A DNA stretch of 52,352 nt, taken from the IMG/VR virus record IMGVR_UViG_3300023110_001238, positions 1 to 52,352 of that record; one strand, given 5' to 3'. The notes beneath the pieces were generated by a model. That model was not told the DNA's origin. It saw only the letters and a list, made by a program, of their open reading frames with translations, and searched no databases. Of the stretch, positions 1 to 10,985 are shown in pieces. Source of the DNA: a virus (Duplodnaviria; Caudoviricetes). Numbering within the stretch: position 1 is the stretch's first letter; every line of letters begins with the position of its first letter. The position numbers were made by a program, and so were the translations under genes.

Positions 1-1
1 T

Positions 2-1111
2 ACTCATACCTTAACACTACCTAAAGCTACAGGTAACATAGCCACAGATGCTACTGTTGGGTTAGGTACAAAGAACCTTATCATTAATGGTAATATGCAG
101 ATAGCACAGAGGGGAACAAGTACTAGTGGAATAACTTCAAGCGGATATTATACTGTAGATAGATTTGATGTTGGTGGTACTACATGGGGAACATTTACTC
201 AATCACAAGATACTGATGTACCAACAGGACAAGGATTTGCAAATAGTATTAAATTCTTATGGACCACTGCCAATGCTTCATTAAGTTCAAACTCTTTTTT
301 ACAAATGCACCAAAGTATAGAAGGTCAAATGTTGCAACAAATAAAAAAAGGAACATCAAATGCGGAAAGTTTGACAATAAGTTTTTGGGTAAAATCTAAC
401 AAAACAGGAACTTATATAGTTCAATTATACGATATTGATAATACCAGAATGATATCAAAATCCTATATTATCAATTCTGCTGATACTTGGGAAAAGAAAA
501 CTATTACTTGTGATGGTGATACTACTGGAGCGTTAGACAATGATAACGGAAGAAGTTTAGATTTAATCTTTGCTCTATGTGCTGGAACAGACCAGAGTTC
601 AGGAACATTACAAACAACTTGGGGAACAGCAGTCACTGCCAATAGATTTGTAGGACAAGTAAATTTAGCAGATGCTATAAATAACTATTGGCAAGTCACA
701 GGCATACAATTAGAACTAGGTGAAAACGCTACCCCCTTTGAACACAGAATGTATAGCCAAGAGTTAGCTATGTGTCAGAGGTATTATTGTAAAAGTTATG
801 ATACTACAACAGCACCAGCTACAAATACTTCTAATGGTATTAATATTATTGGTGGTAGTACACAAGCTAGTGGATACCAATATATGTGTTTAGTTTTTCC
901 TCAAGACATGAGAACAACTCCAAGCATTACTTTTTATAGAGATAATGGAGCAGATAATACATGGGAATGGCGAAGAAGTGGTGCTTCTGGCACAATCGCT
1001 CCAGTTGCTCCTTATGGCAGTACAAGACAAATGCAGATGTATGTTAATGCAGGAGGTGCTTATGTTGTAAGTTTAGTTTGGGGGCATTGGGTTGCTTCTG
1101 CGGAGTTATAA
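2..1111 (+). CDS. Tail fibre / receptor-binding-like protein, 5'-truncated by window edge
   Basis: Frame is open from position 2 ([11 protein letters not shown]...[16 protein letters not shown]); beta-rich body and C-terminal [19 protein letters not shown]...ELAMCQRYY motif typical of marine phage fibre proteins; lies just upstream of neck genes. Confidence 0.6.
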   Translation, partial: THTLTLPKATGNIATDATVGLGTKNLIINGNMQIAQRGTSTSGITSSGYYTVDRFDVGGTTWGTFTQSQDTDVPTGQGFANSIKFLWTTANASLSSNSFLQMHQSIEGQMLQQIKKGTSNAESLTISFWVKSNKTGTYIVQLYDIDNTRMISKSYIINSADTWEKKTITCDGDTTGALDNDNGRSLDLIFALCAGTDQSSGTLQTTWGTAVTANRFVGQVNLADAINNYWQVTGIQLELGENATPFEHRMYSQELAMCQRYYCKSYDTTTAPATNTSNGINIIGGSTQASGYQYMCLVFPQDMRTTPSITFYRDNGADNTWEWRRSGASGTIAPVAPYGSTRQMQMYVNAGGAYVVSLVWGHWVASAEL

Positions 1112-1113
1112 TT

Positions 1114-1275
1114 ATGTATAAATTAGTTAAAAATTCAGAAACAAATGAATTATTCCCAGTTATTATTAGGTTATCTGATATGGCATCAATACCAATAAAT
1201 GAAGCAAACACAGACTATCAAGAATACCTTGCATGGGTAGCAGAAGGTAACACACCAGAACCTGCGGATGAATAA
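1114..1275 (+). CDS. Small tail-fibre-associated (assembly/chaperone-like) protein, 53 aa
   Basis: ATG at 1114 just after fibre stop; IP...[21 protein letters not shown] motif is commonly seen directly after such fibre genes. Confidence 0.55.
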   Translation: MYKLVKNSETNELFPVIIRLSDMASIPINEANTDYQEYLAWVAEGNTPEPADE

Positions 1276-1292
1276 TGTCATGGGTTTTTTGG

Positions 1293-1300
1293 CATAAATA
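1293..1300 (+). promoter_or_regulatory. T4-like late promoter (CATAAATA)
   Basis: Near-consensus TATAAATA in intergenic region upstream of gp13. Confidence 0.55.
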
Positions 1301-1330
1301 GTATAACAAAAGTCTAATTAGAGCAAAGAC

Positions 1331-2287
1331 ATGGCAAAACCGGCATCAAGAATACAATTTAAAGATTACTGCTTACGAAGATTGGGCCATCCTGTCATTG
1401 AAATTAATGTTGATGATGACCAAGTAGAAGATCGTATTGATGATTCTTTACAATTTTTTCATGACTATCATTTTGATGGTACAGAAAAAATATATCTTAA
1501 ACATAAAATAACACAAACAGATATTGATAGAAGATGGATTTATTGTCCAGATACTATAGCGTTTGTAACCGGTGTTATGCCATTTGATGATTCTAATTCA
1601 TCAATCAATATGTTTGACTTAAGATATCAATTGAGATTACATGACTTATATGATTTTACATCTGTGTCTTATGTATCTTATGAAGTCACCATGCAACATA
1701 TTCGAACACTAGAGTTATTATTCTCTGGTACTCCGCAATTTAGATTCAATCGACACATGAATAAGGTAATGTTAGATATTGATTGGACTAGAGATGTTGA
1801 TCCAGGTGAATATGTAATTATTGAATGTTATCGAACAATGGAACCAGATACAATTACATTGACTGGTACATTAACAGGTACAACATCATCAAATGTTTTA
1901 ACAGGTTCTTCCACAACTTTTGACCAAGAAATAATTGAAAACGATTTCATTACACTATCAGATGGCCAAGAAGTCCAAATTAAAAAGATTAACTCACCAA
2001 CAGAAATTCAAATTGTTGGAGATTTAAGTGCAAATGTTTCTGGTGTTACAATGACTAAAGCTGGTAATAGTGATGTTTGGAATGATAGGTTTTTAAAACA
2101 ATATGCAACTGCAAAAATTAAATATCAATGGGGTAGCAACTTAAGTAAGTTTGCTGGAATTCAAATGCCTGGTGGCGTAACTTTAGATGGGCCTAGACTA
2201 ATGGAAGAAGCACAAAGAGAGATTGATAAAATCGAAGAAGAGATGCAATCATACAATGTTCTTCCATCAGAAATGTTCTATGGGTAG
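1331..2287 (+). CDS. gp13: Neck protein gp13
   Basis: KDYCLRRLGHPVIEINV...QWGSNLSKF.GIQMPGGVTLDG motifs; synteny with gp14-gp15. Confidence 0.9.
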   Translation: MAKPASRIQFKDYCLRRLGHPVIEINVDDDQVEDRIDDSLQFFHDYHFDGTEKIYLKHKITQTDIDRRWIYCPDTIAFVTGVMPFDDSNSSINMFDLRYQLRLHDLYDFTSVSYVSYEVTMQHIRTLELLFSGTPQFRFNRHMNKVMLDIDWTRDVDPGEYVIIECYRTMEPDTITLTGTLTGTTSSNVLTGSSTTFDQEIIENDFITLSDGQEVQIKKINSPTEIQIVGDLSANVSGVTMTKAGNSDVWNDRFLKQYATAKIKYQWGSNLSKFAGIQMPGGVTLDGPRLMEEAQREIDKIEEEMQSYNVLPSEMFYG

Positions 2288-2294
2288 ATAATGA

Positions 2295-3179
2295 ATGGCA
2301 ACCAATCTATATTTCAACAATTTTCCAAAAAATGTAACAGCTGAACAACAACTTGTTGAGGATTTAGTAATTGAATCCTTAAAGATGTATGGCATGGATG
2401 TATTCTATTTGCCAAGAACAACAAGAGATGAGGTCGATTACCTTTATGGTGAAGACCCACTTAAACAATATATCTCTGCTATTCCGCTTGAGATGTATTT
2501 GGAAAATGTTACTGGTATGGATGGTGAAGGTGATTTCATATCAAAGTTTGGTTTAGAGATACGAGATGAAATTACCTTATTGGTTTCTCGTAGAAGATTT
2601 CAATCTAACGCTTCCCAAACAAGACCAAATGAGGGTGATTTAATTTATGTTCCTTTGGTTAAAAACTTTTTTGAAATTACTTTTGTTGAGCATGAAAACA
2701 ATCAAGCTATGTTTCACACATTAGGTCGTGGTCGTGGTTCAAATGTTTATCTTTATGCACTCAAGCTGAAACAGTTCGTATTCTCTAATGAGCTAATTGA
2801 AACTGGTGTAGCTGAAATTGACAATGATATTAGAGACCATTATCCAAGAACAAAAATTGCAATATCAACAATGCACTCTGGTAAGTTTGTCAATGATGAA
2901 ATTGTTTATCAAGGCGCTAACTTAGCATCTTCAACAGCACAAGCTGTTGTTTGGGATTTTGTTCCAAACTCTCACATTGATATTATTCGGGTTCAAGGAA
3001 CCTTTGCATCAGGAAATGTTATTGGAAATACATCGTCTTCCATTGCAACAATTAATACCGTTAATGATTCTGCTTATATGAATTCAGCATTTGAAGATAT
3101 TCAGGACAATGTAAGGATTGAAAGTGAATCTGATTCAATCATTGATTTTACGGAATCAAACCCATTTGGTGAAGCATAA
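2295..3179 (+). CDS. gp14: Neck protein gp14
   Basis: EQQLVEDLVIESLKMYGMDVFYLPR, SKFGLEIRDE, RPNEGDLIY, C-terminal DFTESNPFG. Confidence 0.9.
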   Translation: MATNLYFNNFPKNVTAEQQLVEDLVIESLKMYGMDVFYLPRTTRDEVDYLYGEDPLKQYISAIPLEMYLENVTGMDGEGDFISKFGLEIRDEITLLVSRRRFQSNASQTRPNEGDLIYVPLVKNFFEITFVEHENNQAMFHTLGRGRGSNVYLYALKLKQFVFSNELIETGVAEIDNDIRDHYPRTKIAISTMHSGKFVNDEIVYQGANLASSTAQAVVWDFVPNSHIDIIRVQGTFASGNVIGNTSSSIATINTVNDSAYMNSAFEDIQDNVRIESESDSIIDFTESNPFGEA

Positions 3180-4189
3180 TGTTAGGTAATTCTCATTTTT
3201 ATAATCGAACAATACGAAAAGTCATTGTAGCTTTTGGTACAATGTTTAATGACATTGTTTTAAAAAGATATACAGCTGATGGTAGTGCATCAAAAGAATC
3301 TTGGAAAGTTCCATTATCTTATGGTGCAAAAGAAAAATATATTACACTAATTACATCCAATCCAGATTTTACCAAATCAGTTCAAACTGTTGTGCCTCGT
3401 ATATCATTTGATTTAACAGGTATGGACTATGATGCAAGTCGAAAACAATTATCAACATTACAAAACTTTTCTGCTAATACAAATACTGCAATTAAAACAC
3501 AATATGTTCCAATACCATATAACTTTGAATTTTCTTTATCTATTTTTGTAAGAAACCAAGAAGATGGCACTCAAATATTAGAACAAATATTACCATTCTT
3601 TACACCTGATTTTAATGTAACTGTTGATTTTGTTCCAACAATGGACCAACATTATGATATGCCTGTTATATTAAATTCAGTAACACCAAGTGTAGAATAT
3701 GAAGGTGATGGTTCTTCAACAAGATTGATTGTTTGGGATTTAAACTTTACTGCAAAAGGCTACATATGGCCTCCAGTCAAAGAAGGTAAATATATTCGCC
3801 AAGCAAATACCAATCTGTATATTGAGACCGCTAGTAGAACATCACAAAAAGTTTATGTTGATTATACAAACGGTTCTGGATATTTTGATGATGAAGAAAC
3901 CATATTTGTAACAACAACGACAACGGGTGAAAGTAGAGATATTACCGGAGACTTAGCATACTTTAGTAATTCAAACACCGGTATTGTTGTGGTGAATAAT
4001 CTAAATAGTTTATTAAAAGCGAATGATATCATTGTGGGTGCATCATCAAATGCAAGCTACAATGTGTCAAGTGTTGATAGTGAGCCGTTAAAAACGGTTA
4101 TTATTATAACAACACCGGATCCAACATCTGCTAATGCAAACGATGACTTTGGATTCAGTGAAACAATTACAGAATGGCCATTTACATAA
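3179..4189 (+). CDS. gp15: Tail sheath stabiliser / terminator gp15
   Basis: HFYNRTIRKVIVAFGTMFN, VPLSYG, QILEQILPFFTP motifs. Confidence 0.9.
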   Translation: MLGNSHFYNRTIRKVIVAFGTMFNDIVLKRYTADGSASKESWKVPLSYGAKEKYITLITSNPDFTKSVQTVVPRISFDLTGMDYDASRKQLSTLQNFSANTNTAIKTQYVPIPYNFEFSLSIFVRNQEDGTQILEQILPFFTPDFNVTVDFVPTMDQHYDMPVILNSVTPSVEYEGDGSSTRLIVWDLNFTAKGYIWPPVKEGKYIRQANTNLYIETASRTSQKVYVDYTNGSGYFDDEETIFVTTTTTGESRDITGDLAYFSNSNTGIVVVNNLNSLLKANDIIVGASSNASYNVSSVDSEPLKTVIIITTPDPTSANANDDFGFSETITEWPFT

Positions 4190-4623
4190 TGAGTAAAACA
4201 GAAGAAAAATTATCAGAAGTATTTAATGTAGAGAACGATAAAGAAGAAGTATTAGAAACTTTACCTGTTGTTGAAGAAAAAAAAGAAATCGTTCCTGTCG
4301 AAGATGTTGCGGAACAAGATACAGAATTTGCTCGTGGTAACATAAAGAATCTTATAACAAAGGGTAATGTAGCTTTAGATAATCTTTTACAAGTAGCAAG
4401 AGAATCTGAACACCCACGAGCGTATGAAGTAGCTGCAACAATGATTAAAAATCTTGCAGATTCTAACAAAGATTTGCTTAATATACAAAAAACCCGTAAA
4501 GATTTAACACAAGATAACAATAATAGTGTAGGAAATACAAAAAATATGAACATCGACAAGGCTGTTTTTGTAGGATCTACAACAGAACTTGTTAAATTTT
4601 TGAAGAATAAACAGGAAGAATAA
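4189..4623 (+). CDS. gp16: Terminase small subunit gp16
   Basis: Start at MSKTEE overlapping gp15 stop; ESEHPRAYEVAA and AVFVGSTTEL motifs. Confidence 0.88.
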   Translation: MSKTEEKLSEVFNVENDKEEVLETLPVVEEKKEIVPVEDVAEQDTEFARGNIKNLITKGNVALDNLLQVARESEHPRAYEVAATMIKNLADSNKDLLNIQKTRKDLTQDNNNSVGNTKNMNIDKAVFVGSTTELVKFLKNKQEE

Positions 4624-4631
4624 ATATTATT

Positions 4632-5066
4632 ATGGAAACTTTAATTAATTTACTTAAAAAAGTATTAGCAGATACATTTACATTCTATCTTAAGTCACAT
4701 AATTTTCATTGGAATGTAGAAGGCTCTAATTTTCCACAATACCATGAATTCTATGGTAATGTGTATGAAGATTTACATGGTGCTGTTGATGTTATTGCTG
4801 AACAAATACGAGCATTAGATGCTTATGCACCAGGTACAATGGCTGAGTTTTTAGATATGACTGAAATAGAAGAACAGCCTGAAAGATTAGATGGTGTTGC
4901 TATGGCTAATGAATTAGCTGGTGATAATGACAAGGTAATCAAAACATTAGAATTGTGTGATAAACTTGCAAACCAATTTGAACAGATTGGTCTTTCAAAC
5001 TTTTTACAAGATAGAATAGACAAACATAAAAAACTAGGTTGGATGCTTCGTAGTATCTCAAAATAA
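4632..5066 (+). CDS. dps: Dps-family ferritin-like protein
   Basis: HNFHWNVEG..F..YHEFY...D.IAEQIRAL ferroxidase-centre pattern; C-terminal H.K..WML. Confidence 0.88.
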   Translation: METLINLLKKVLADTFTFYLKSHNFHWNVEGSNFPQYHEFYGNVYEDLHGAVDVIAEQIRALDAYAPGTMAEFLDMTEIEEQPERLDGVAMANELAGDNDKVIKTLELCDKLANQFEQIGLSNFLQDRIDKHKKLGWMLRSISK

Positions 5067-5069
5067 GAT

Positions 5070-6701
5070 ATGGAAGGCTATCTTGGAAATGACCGGCTCA
5101 AAAGAGTTGGCGTTGAAATAACATATACAGCTGAACAAGTAGAAGAAATAATTAAATGTCAGCATGACCCCGTATATTTTATTAAAAACTATGTTCAAAT
5201 TGTTAATGTGGATAAAGGTTTGATACCTTTTGATATGTGGCCGTTTCAAGAGGAAATGGTCAAATCATTCCACGAAAATAGATTTAATATTGCTAAAATG
5301 CCACGACAGTGTGGTAAAACAACAACATCGGTGGGTTATATGCTTTGGTGTGTGTTGTTTAATGAAGAATACACGGTTGGTATTCTTGCCAACAAAGGTG
5401 CATTAGCAAGAGAAATTTTAGGTCGATTACAAAAGGCCTATGAGTATTTGCCTTTATGGTTACAACAAGGTATTGTAATTTGGAATAAAGGTAACATAGA
5501 ACTAGAAAATGGTTCTAAAGTATTTGCGTATGCAACATCCGCTTCAGGTGTTCGAGGTGGTTCATACAATTTGATATTTTTGGATGAGTTTGCTTTCGTT
5601 CAACACAATATGGCGTTGGACTTTTTTCAATCAACATATCCTGTTATATCATCTGGTCAAACCACTAAAGTTATTATTGTATCAACACCAAACGGATTAA
5701 ATTTATTTTATAAAATGTGGGTTGATGCGGAAGAAGGTCGCTCACTTTACAAACCACTTGAGATTCTTTGGTCTGATGTACCAGGTAGAGATGAAAAGTG
5801 GAAAGAAGAAACCATACGAAATACAAGTGAAGAACAGTTTCGTGTTGAGTTTGAAACAGAATTTGTAGGTTCTTCTGCTACACTCATCTCTGGAGTGAAG
5901 TTAAGAAGTTTAGCGTTTAGAAATCCAGTTCGAACTGATGAAGGACTGGATATCTATGAAGAACCCCAAAAAGGTCATCTGTATATAGCGTCTGTTGATT
6001 GTGCTGAAGGTGTCAATTTAGATTATTCAGCCATAAATGTGGTCGATGTCACAGAAACGCCATACAGACAGGTGGCTAAATATCGTAGTAATCAATTACC
6101 GTTGATGTTTTTCCCAACGATAATCTATAAAATAGGTACAATGTATAACGAGGCGTATGCTTTAATTGAAACAAATAACATTGGCCAACAGGTAGTTGAT
6201 ACTTTACATTATGATTTAGAGTATGAAAACATTTATAAGTTAGACCATCACCATATAAAAGGCCAAACAATATCTGGTGGTTTTAAAAGAAACTCAAACT
6301 TTGGTATTAAAACAACAAAGTCGGTTAAAAAAATAGGGTGTGCTAACTTAAAAACATTAGTGGAAAATGATAAACTTATCATCAATGATTTTGATACGAT
6401 TGCTGAGTTAAATACATTCACAAGATTTAGAGATAGTTACGAAGCGGAAGAAGGCAATCATGACGATTTAGTAATGGGTTTAGTTTTATTTGGTTGGCTA
6501 ACTGCACAACAAATGTTCAAAGATGAAACAGATGTTGATGTAAGAAAACAACTACTCAAAGAACAGAATATGTTAATTGATGAAGAACTAACACCCGTTG
6601 GAGTTTTTGATGATGGTCGGAAAGAAGAGGTTGAGATTGATTCGGGAGATATGTGGTCAAACAGTGGGTTGTCTGATAGGTATCCACCCTCAACTTTCTA
6701 A
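5070..6701 (+). CDS. gp17: Terminase large subunit gp17
   Basis: Walker A PRQCGKTT, Walker B LIFLDEFAF, STPNG, nuclease HDDLVM. Confidence 0.95.
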   Translation: MEGYLGNDRLKRVGVEITYTAEQVEEIIKCQHDPVYFIKNYVQIVNVDKGLIPFDMWPFQEEMVKSFHENRFNIAKMPRQCGKTTTSVGYMLWCVLFNEEYTVGILANKGALAREILGRLQKAYEYLPLWLQQGIVIWNKGNIELENGSKVFAYATSASGVRGGSYNLIFLDEFAFVQHNMALDFFQSTYPVISSGQTTKVIIVSTPNGLNLFYKMWVDAEEGRSLYKPLEILWSDVPGRDEKWKEETIRNTSEEQFRVEFETEFVGSSATLISGVKLRSLAFRNPVRTDEGLDIYEEPQKGHLYIASVDCAEGVNLDYSAINVVDVTETPYRQVAKYRSNQLPLMFFPTIIYKIGTMYNEAYALIETNNIGQQVVDTLHYDLEYENIYKLDHHHIKGQTISGGFKRNSNFGIKTTKSVKKIGCANLKTLVENDKLIINDFDTIAELNTFTRFRDSYEAEEGNHDDLVMGLVLFGWLTAQQMFKDETDVDVRKQLLKEQNMLIDEELTPVGVFDDGRKEEVEIDSGDMWSNSGLSDRYPPSTF

Positions 6702-6761
6702 AAAACTAAATAGAGTATAATTATTAAAAAAATTCGACCCATTTATTAAAGGAGTAATCCA

Positions 6762-8432
6762 ATGGCATTTCAGCTCTCACCGGGTGTAAATGTATCAGAA
6801 ATTGACCTGACTACAATTGTACCTTCCGTTGCCACTTCGATTGGCGCTTTTGCTGGAAAATTTGAGTGGGGTCCAGTTAATGAAATCGTAACGGTTTCAG
6901 ATGAAGTTAGACTTGTTGAAGCGTTTGGCAAGCCTAATACCGATAACTATGAATACTGGTTCTCTGCTGCTAGTTTTTTAGCATATTCGAACAACTTAAA
7001 GGTTGTCCGTGCTTATGGTGCAACAACATACACCGCAACAGCAAACGGATCACCAAATGTATTAATTAAAAATGATGACGACTATGAAGATAACTGGTCT
7101 AGCGGTGCAAATACCTATGGTACCTTTGCTGCTAGATATCCAGGCGCAAAAGGTAACTCATTAAAAGTTTCTATTGCAGATGGTAATTCTTATTCTGGTT
7201 GGGCATATGAATCACAATTTAACGATACGCCTTCAACATCAACTTATGTTTCTAATGCTGGTGGTTCTCATGATGAACTCCATGTTATTGTTGTTGATGA
7301 AGATGGCCTGTTTTCAGGAACACAAGGCACAGTATTAGAAAAATTTGCATTTGTTTCTAAAGCATCTGATGCTAAAGATGACGGTGGTAACACAAATTAT
7401 TATAAAGATGTAATTTCTAACCGTTCAAAATATATTCACTGGATGTCACATCACGCAAATGGCACCAATTGGGGCACAACAGCTTCAAACAAAACATTTG
7501 CTAATCTATCATCAAATGTAACAGTTTCACTTTCAGCTGGTGCAGATGGCACAATCTCTACCGCTAATGTTGTTACAGCATACGATAAATTTGATAACGC
7601 AGATGCTGTTGATATCAATCTTATCATTTCTGGTCCTGCTGATGCTACTGTGGCTGCTGATTTGATTACAATGGCAGAAACAAGAAAAGATGCGGTTGCT
7701 TTCTTATCACCAGAAAAAGCAGATGTTGTTGATAACGCTGGTTCAGAAACAACAGATGTTAAAGCATACAGAGCTTCTTTAACTTCATCATCATATGCAG
7801 TTATTGATTCTAACTGGAAGTATATGTATGATAAGTATAATGATGTATATCGTTGGGTACCATGTAACGGTGATATTGCAGGTTTAGCTGCTAGAACAGA
7901 CCTCGAAAGAGACCCATGGTTCTCACCCGCTGGTCCAAACAGAGGCATTATGAGAAATGTTCTCAAACTTGCATGGAATCCTACAAAAGCAAATAGAGAT
8001 GACCTCTATCTTAAAGGTATTAATCCGGTTGTAACATTCCAAGGCGAAGGTACACAGTTGTTTGGTGACAAAACTATGTTATCAAAACCAAGTGCGTTTG
8101 ATAGAATTAATGTTCGAAGGTTGTTCATTATCCTTGAAAAAGCAATCAGTCGTGCCGCTCGTTTCTCTTTATTTGAATTCAATGACCAATTTACAAGAGC
8201 TCAATTTGTAAATCTAGTTGAACCATATCTAAGAGACATTCAAGGTCGTAGAGGTATTACAGATTACCGTGTAGTTTGTGACGAATCAAATAACACAGGT
8301 GAAGTAATTGACCGAAACGAGTTTGTTGGCGACATTTATATCAAACCTGCTCGTTCAATTAACTTTATTCAACTTAACTTTGTTGCCGTAAGAACAGGTG
8401 TATCGTTCAACGAAGTGGTTGGACAGTTCTAA
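6762..8432 (+). CDS. gp18: Tail sheath protein gp18
   Basis: MAFQLSPGVNVSEIDLT, PWFSPAG, FDRINVRRLF, IKPARSINFI. Confidence 0.95.
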   Translation: MAFQLSPGVNVSEIDLTTIVPSVATSIGAFAGKFEWGPVNEIVTVSDEVRLVEAFGKPNTDNYEYWFSAASFLAYSNNLKVVRAYGATTYTATANGSPNVLIKNDDDYEDNWSSGANTYGTFAARYPGAKGNSLKVSIADGNSYSGWAYESQFNDTPSTSTYVSNAGGSHDELHVIVVDEDGLFSGTQGTVLEKFAFVSKASDAKDDGGNTNYYKDVISNRSKYIHWMSHHANGTNWGTTASNKTFANLSSNVTVSLSAGADGTISTANVVTAYDKFDNADAVDINLIISGPADATVAADLITMAETRKDAVAFLSPEKADVVDNAGSETTDVKAYRASLTSSSYAVIDSNWKYMYDKYNDVYRWVPCNGDIAGLAARTDLERDPWFSPAGPNRGIMRNVLKLAWNPTKANRDDLYLKGINPVVTFQGEGTQLFGDKTMLSKPSAFDRINVRRLFIILEKAISRAARFSLFEFNDQFTRAQFVNLVEPYLRDIQGRRGITDYRVVCDESNNTGEVIDRNEFVGDIYIKPARSINFIQLNFVAVRTGVSFNEVVGQF

Positions 8433-8457
8433 TAAATAGAGAAGACAGGAGAAAAAA

Positions 8458-9003
8458 ATGGCATTTAATGTAAATGAATTTAGAAGTCAAATGATTGGAG
8501 ACGGTGCTCGTCCTAATCTGTTTGAAGTTTCTATGCCTTTCCCTGCGTTCTCATCACCTGAAAACGCACAAACAAAACTTACATTCATGTGTAAAACTGC
8601 ACAACTACCAGGCGCTACGCTTGGTGTTGTACCAGTTCAATACTTTGGTCGTGAATTAAAGTTTGTAGGTAATAGAACTTTCGCAGACTGGACAATTTCA
8701 GTCATTAACGATGAGGACTTTGTTGTTCGTAACGCCTTCGAAAGATGGATGAACGGCATCAACAGCCACAATCTTAATGTAAGAAATCCAGTGGCACTTT
8801 CACCAGGCGGTTATACCGTTGATGGTGAAGTAACTCAATATGGAAAAGCAGGCGACAGTCTTAAGAGATATAAGTTTGTTGGCTTGTTTCCTTCTGATAT
8901 TACTCCTATTGATGTAGATTGGGGTGCAAATGACACAATGGAAGAATTTGCAGTTACCTTATCATATCAATGGTGGGAATCAATCGAAGACGGTGTTGTG
9001 TAA
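8458..9003 (+). CDS. gp19: Tail tube protein gp19
   Basis: GARPNLFEV, GNRTFADWTISVINDEDF; follows sheath gene. Confidence 0.93.
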   Translation: MAFNVNEFRSQMIGDGARPNLFEVSMPFPAFSSPENAQTKLTFMCKTAQLPGATLGVVPVQYFGRELKFVGNRTFADWTISVINDEDFVVRNAFERWMNGINSHNLNVRNPVALSPGGYTVDGEVTQYGKAGDSLKRYKFVGLFPSDITPIDVDWGANDTMEEFAVTLSYQWWESIEDGVV

Positions 9004-9004
9004 T

Positions 9005-9037
9005 AGAGTGGGGTATTTTCCCCACTTTATTTTTTTT
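9005..9037 (+). terminator. Rho-independent terminator after gp19
   Basis: AGAGTGGGG / CCCCACTTT stem followed by T-run. Confidence 0.7.
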
Positions 9038-9055
9038 ATAGGATGATAAATTATT

Positions 9056-10690
9056 ATGGCGATTAAACTATTCGGATTCACTCTAGGCAAAAAGGATGTT
9101 GTAGATCAACAACCTCCTAACCAGCCTTCTTTTACTCTTCCAAATGAGGCAATGGATGACGGTGCAGTTACCGTTACTCAAAACGCTTATTACGGTACCT
9201 ATGTTGATTTAGAAGGCTCAGTTCGTAATGAAATTGAGCTTATCACCAGATATCGTGAAATGGCAAATCACCCCGAACTTGAACAGGCAATTGATGATAT
9301 TGTTAATGAATCTATCACACATGATGAAACGGGCAAGAGTGTTGATATTCGATTAGATAATCTTCAACAACCAGAAACAATTAAAAGAAAAATCAGAGAT
9401 GAGTTTAATAATGTTTTGAGAATGTTAAACTTTAATAATCTAGCTGATGATTTATTTAAAAGATGGTATATTGATGGTCGTATTTACTATCATGTTGTTG
9501 TGGACGAATCAAGACCAAAAGATGGTATTAAAGAATTAAGATACATTGACCCACGCAAAATAAGAAAAGTCCGTGAAGTCAAAAAAGAAAAAGACCCTAA
9601 AACTGGTGCATTAATCATCAAGTCTATTGGTGAATATTATGTCTATAATGAAAGAGGACAAACAACACAGTCTTATGGAACAAGTTTAAATCAAGGTTTA
9701 AGAATTGCACCAGAATCAATTATTAATATTAATTCTGGATTAATGGATGCTAAAAATACTTTTGTTATTTCTTATTTACACAAAGCAATTAAACCTTTGA
9801 ATCAATTAAGAATGATTGAGGATGCTGTTGTTATTTACAGATTATCAAGAGCTCCAGAAAGACGAATATTTTACATTGATGTTGGTAACTTACCAAAAGG
9901 TAAAGCTGAACAATACTTAAGAGATGTTATGGTCAAATACCGTAACAAGATGGTATATGATGCTTCTACTGGTGAGTTAAGAGATGATAGAAAACATATG
10001 TCAATGTTAGAAGACTTTTGGTTACCAAGACGAGAAGGTGGTAAAGGTACCGAAATTACTACATTACCTGCTGGCCAAAACCTTGGTGAATTAGAAGATG
10101 TAAAATATTTTAGAAATAAACTTTTACAATCATTGAATGTTCCTTTGTCTCGTTTAGAACCACAACAAGGTGGTATGATAGGTTTAGGTCGTTCAACAGA
10201 AGTTACAAGAGATGAAGTTAAATTTGGTAAATTTATTACAAGACTAAGAAATAAGTTTTCACAAGTATTTGATAGCGCTTTAAAAATTCAACTTGTATTG
10301 AAAGGCATTTGTTCTTTAGAAGAATGGCAAGATTTTCAGGAACAAATTTATTATGATTATTTAAAAGATAATAACTTTACGGAGTTAAAGGAAGCAGAAC
10401 TTCTTAGAGAAAGAATAGGTCTTCTTAACATAGTTGACCCATATATTGGTCGTTATTATTCAACTAATTGGGTTAAGAAAAATGTTCTTCAAATGTCTAA
10501 TGAAGAAGTTGACCAAATGGAAAAAGAAATTGAAGAAGAACAGGAAGCTGGTGTTCAGTTTGGCCAAAGCGAAGCTGATCCTAATCAATTTCCACCAGAA
10601 GACAACACAAAAGATAACGACCAAACAGAATCAGAAACACCAGAACTTGATGCTGATGTAATTAAGTTTGGTGGTATAAATAGAAACTAG
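9056..10690 (+). CDS. gp20: Portal vertex protein gp20
   Basis: YRLSRAPERRIFYIDVGNLPK.KAEQYL, EDFWLPRREGGKGTEI. Confidence 0.96.
   Translation: MAIKLFGFTLGKKDVVDQQPPNQPSFTLPNEAMDDGAVTVTQNAYYGTYVDLEGSVRNEIELITRYREMANHPELEQAIDDIVNESITHDETGKSVDIRLDNLQQPETIKRKIRDEFNNVLRMLNFNNLADDLFKRWYIDGRIYYHVVVDESRPKDGIKELRYIDPRKIRKVREVKKEKDPKTGALIIKSIGEYYVYNERGQTTQSYGTSLNQGLRIAPESIININSGLMDAKNTFVISYLHKAIKPLNQLRMIEDAVVIYRLSRAPERRIFYIDVGNLPKGKAEQYLRDVMVKYRNKMVYDASTGELRDDRKHMSMLEDFWLPRREGGKGTEITTLPAGQNLGELEDVKYFRNKLLQSLNVPLSRLEPQQGGMIGLGRSTEVTRDEVKFGKFITRLRNKFSQVFDSALKIQLVLKGICSLEEWQDFQEQIYYDYLKDNNFTELKEAELLRERIGLLNIVDPYIGRYYSTNWVKKNVLQMSNEEVDQMEKEIEEEQEAGVQFGQSEADPNQFPPEDNTKDNDQTESETPELDADVIKFGGINRN
10675..10682 (+). 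promoter_or_regulatory. T4-like late promoter (TATAAATA)
   Basis: Exact late consensus at the end of gp20, upstream of prohead core genes. Confidence 0.6.
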
Positions 10691-10700
10691 GAGAAATATT

Positions 10701-10985
10701 ATGGTAGATGTAGTTGATGTAGTAAATCAAATAGCAGCGGCTCAAAGCTCAGATGCTAAAGATAGTTTACATAACCTTTTATCACAAAAGGCTATGGAAG
10801 CTTTAGATGGTAAAAAACAAGAAATTGCTAAAAATTTATTTTCTAATGGTGAAACTCCACCAGTAGCAGATGATGATGGCAATATTGATGTGGAAGTTCA
10901 AGACACAGCTGACACTCCGGTTGAAGAGCCGGAAACAAATGTAGAAGTTGAAGAGCAACCAGAAGAAGAACAAGAACAAGAATGA
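10701..10985 (+). CDS. Acidic prohead core protein (gp67-like position)
   Basis: Small, very acidic C-terminus; directly after portal; strong AGGAG RBS. Confidence 0.55.
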   Translation: MVDVVDVVNQIAAAQSSDAKDSLHNLLSQKAMEALDGKKQEIAKNLFSNGETPPVADDDGNIDVEVQDTADTPVEEPETNVEVEEQPEEEQEQE

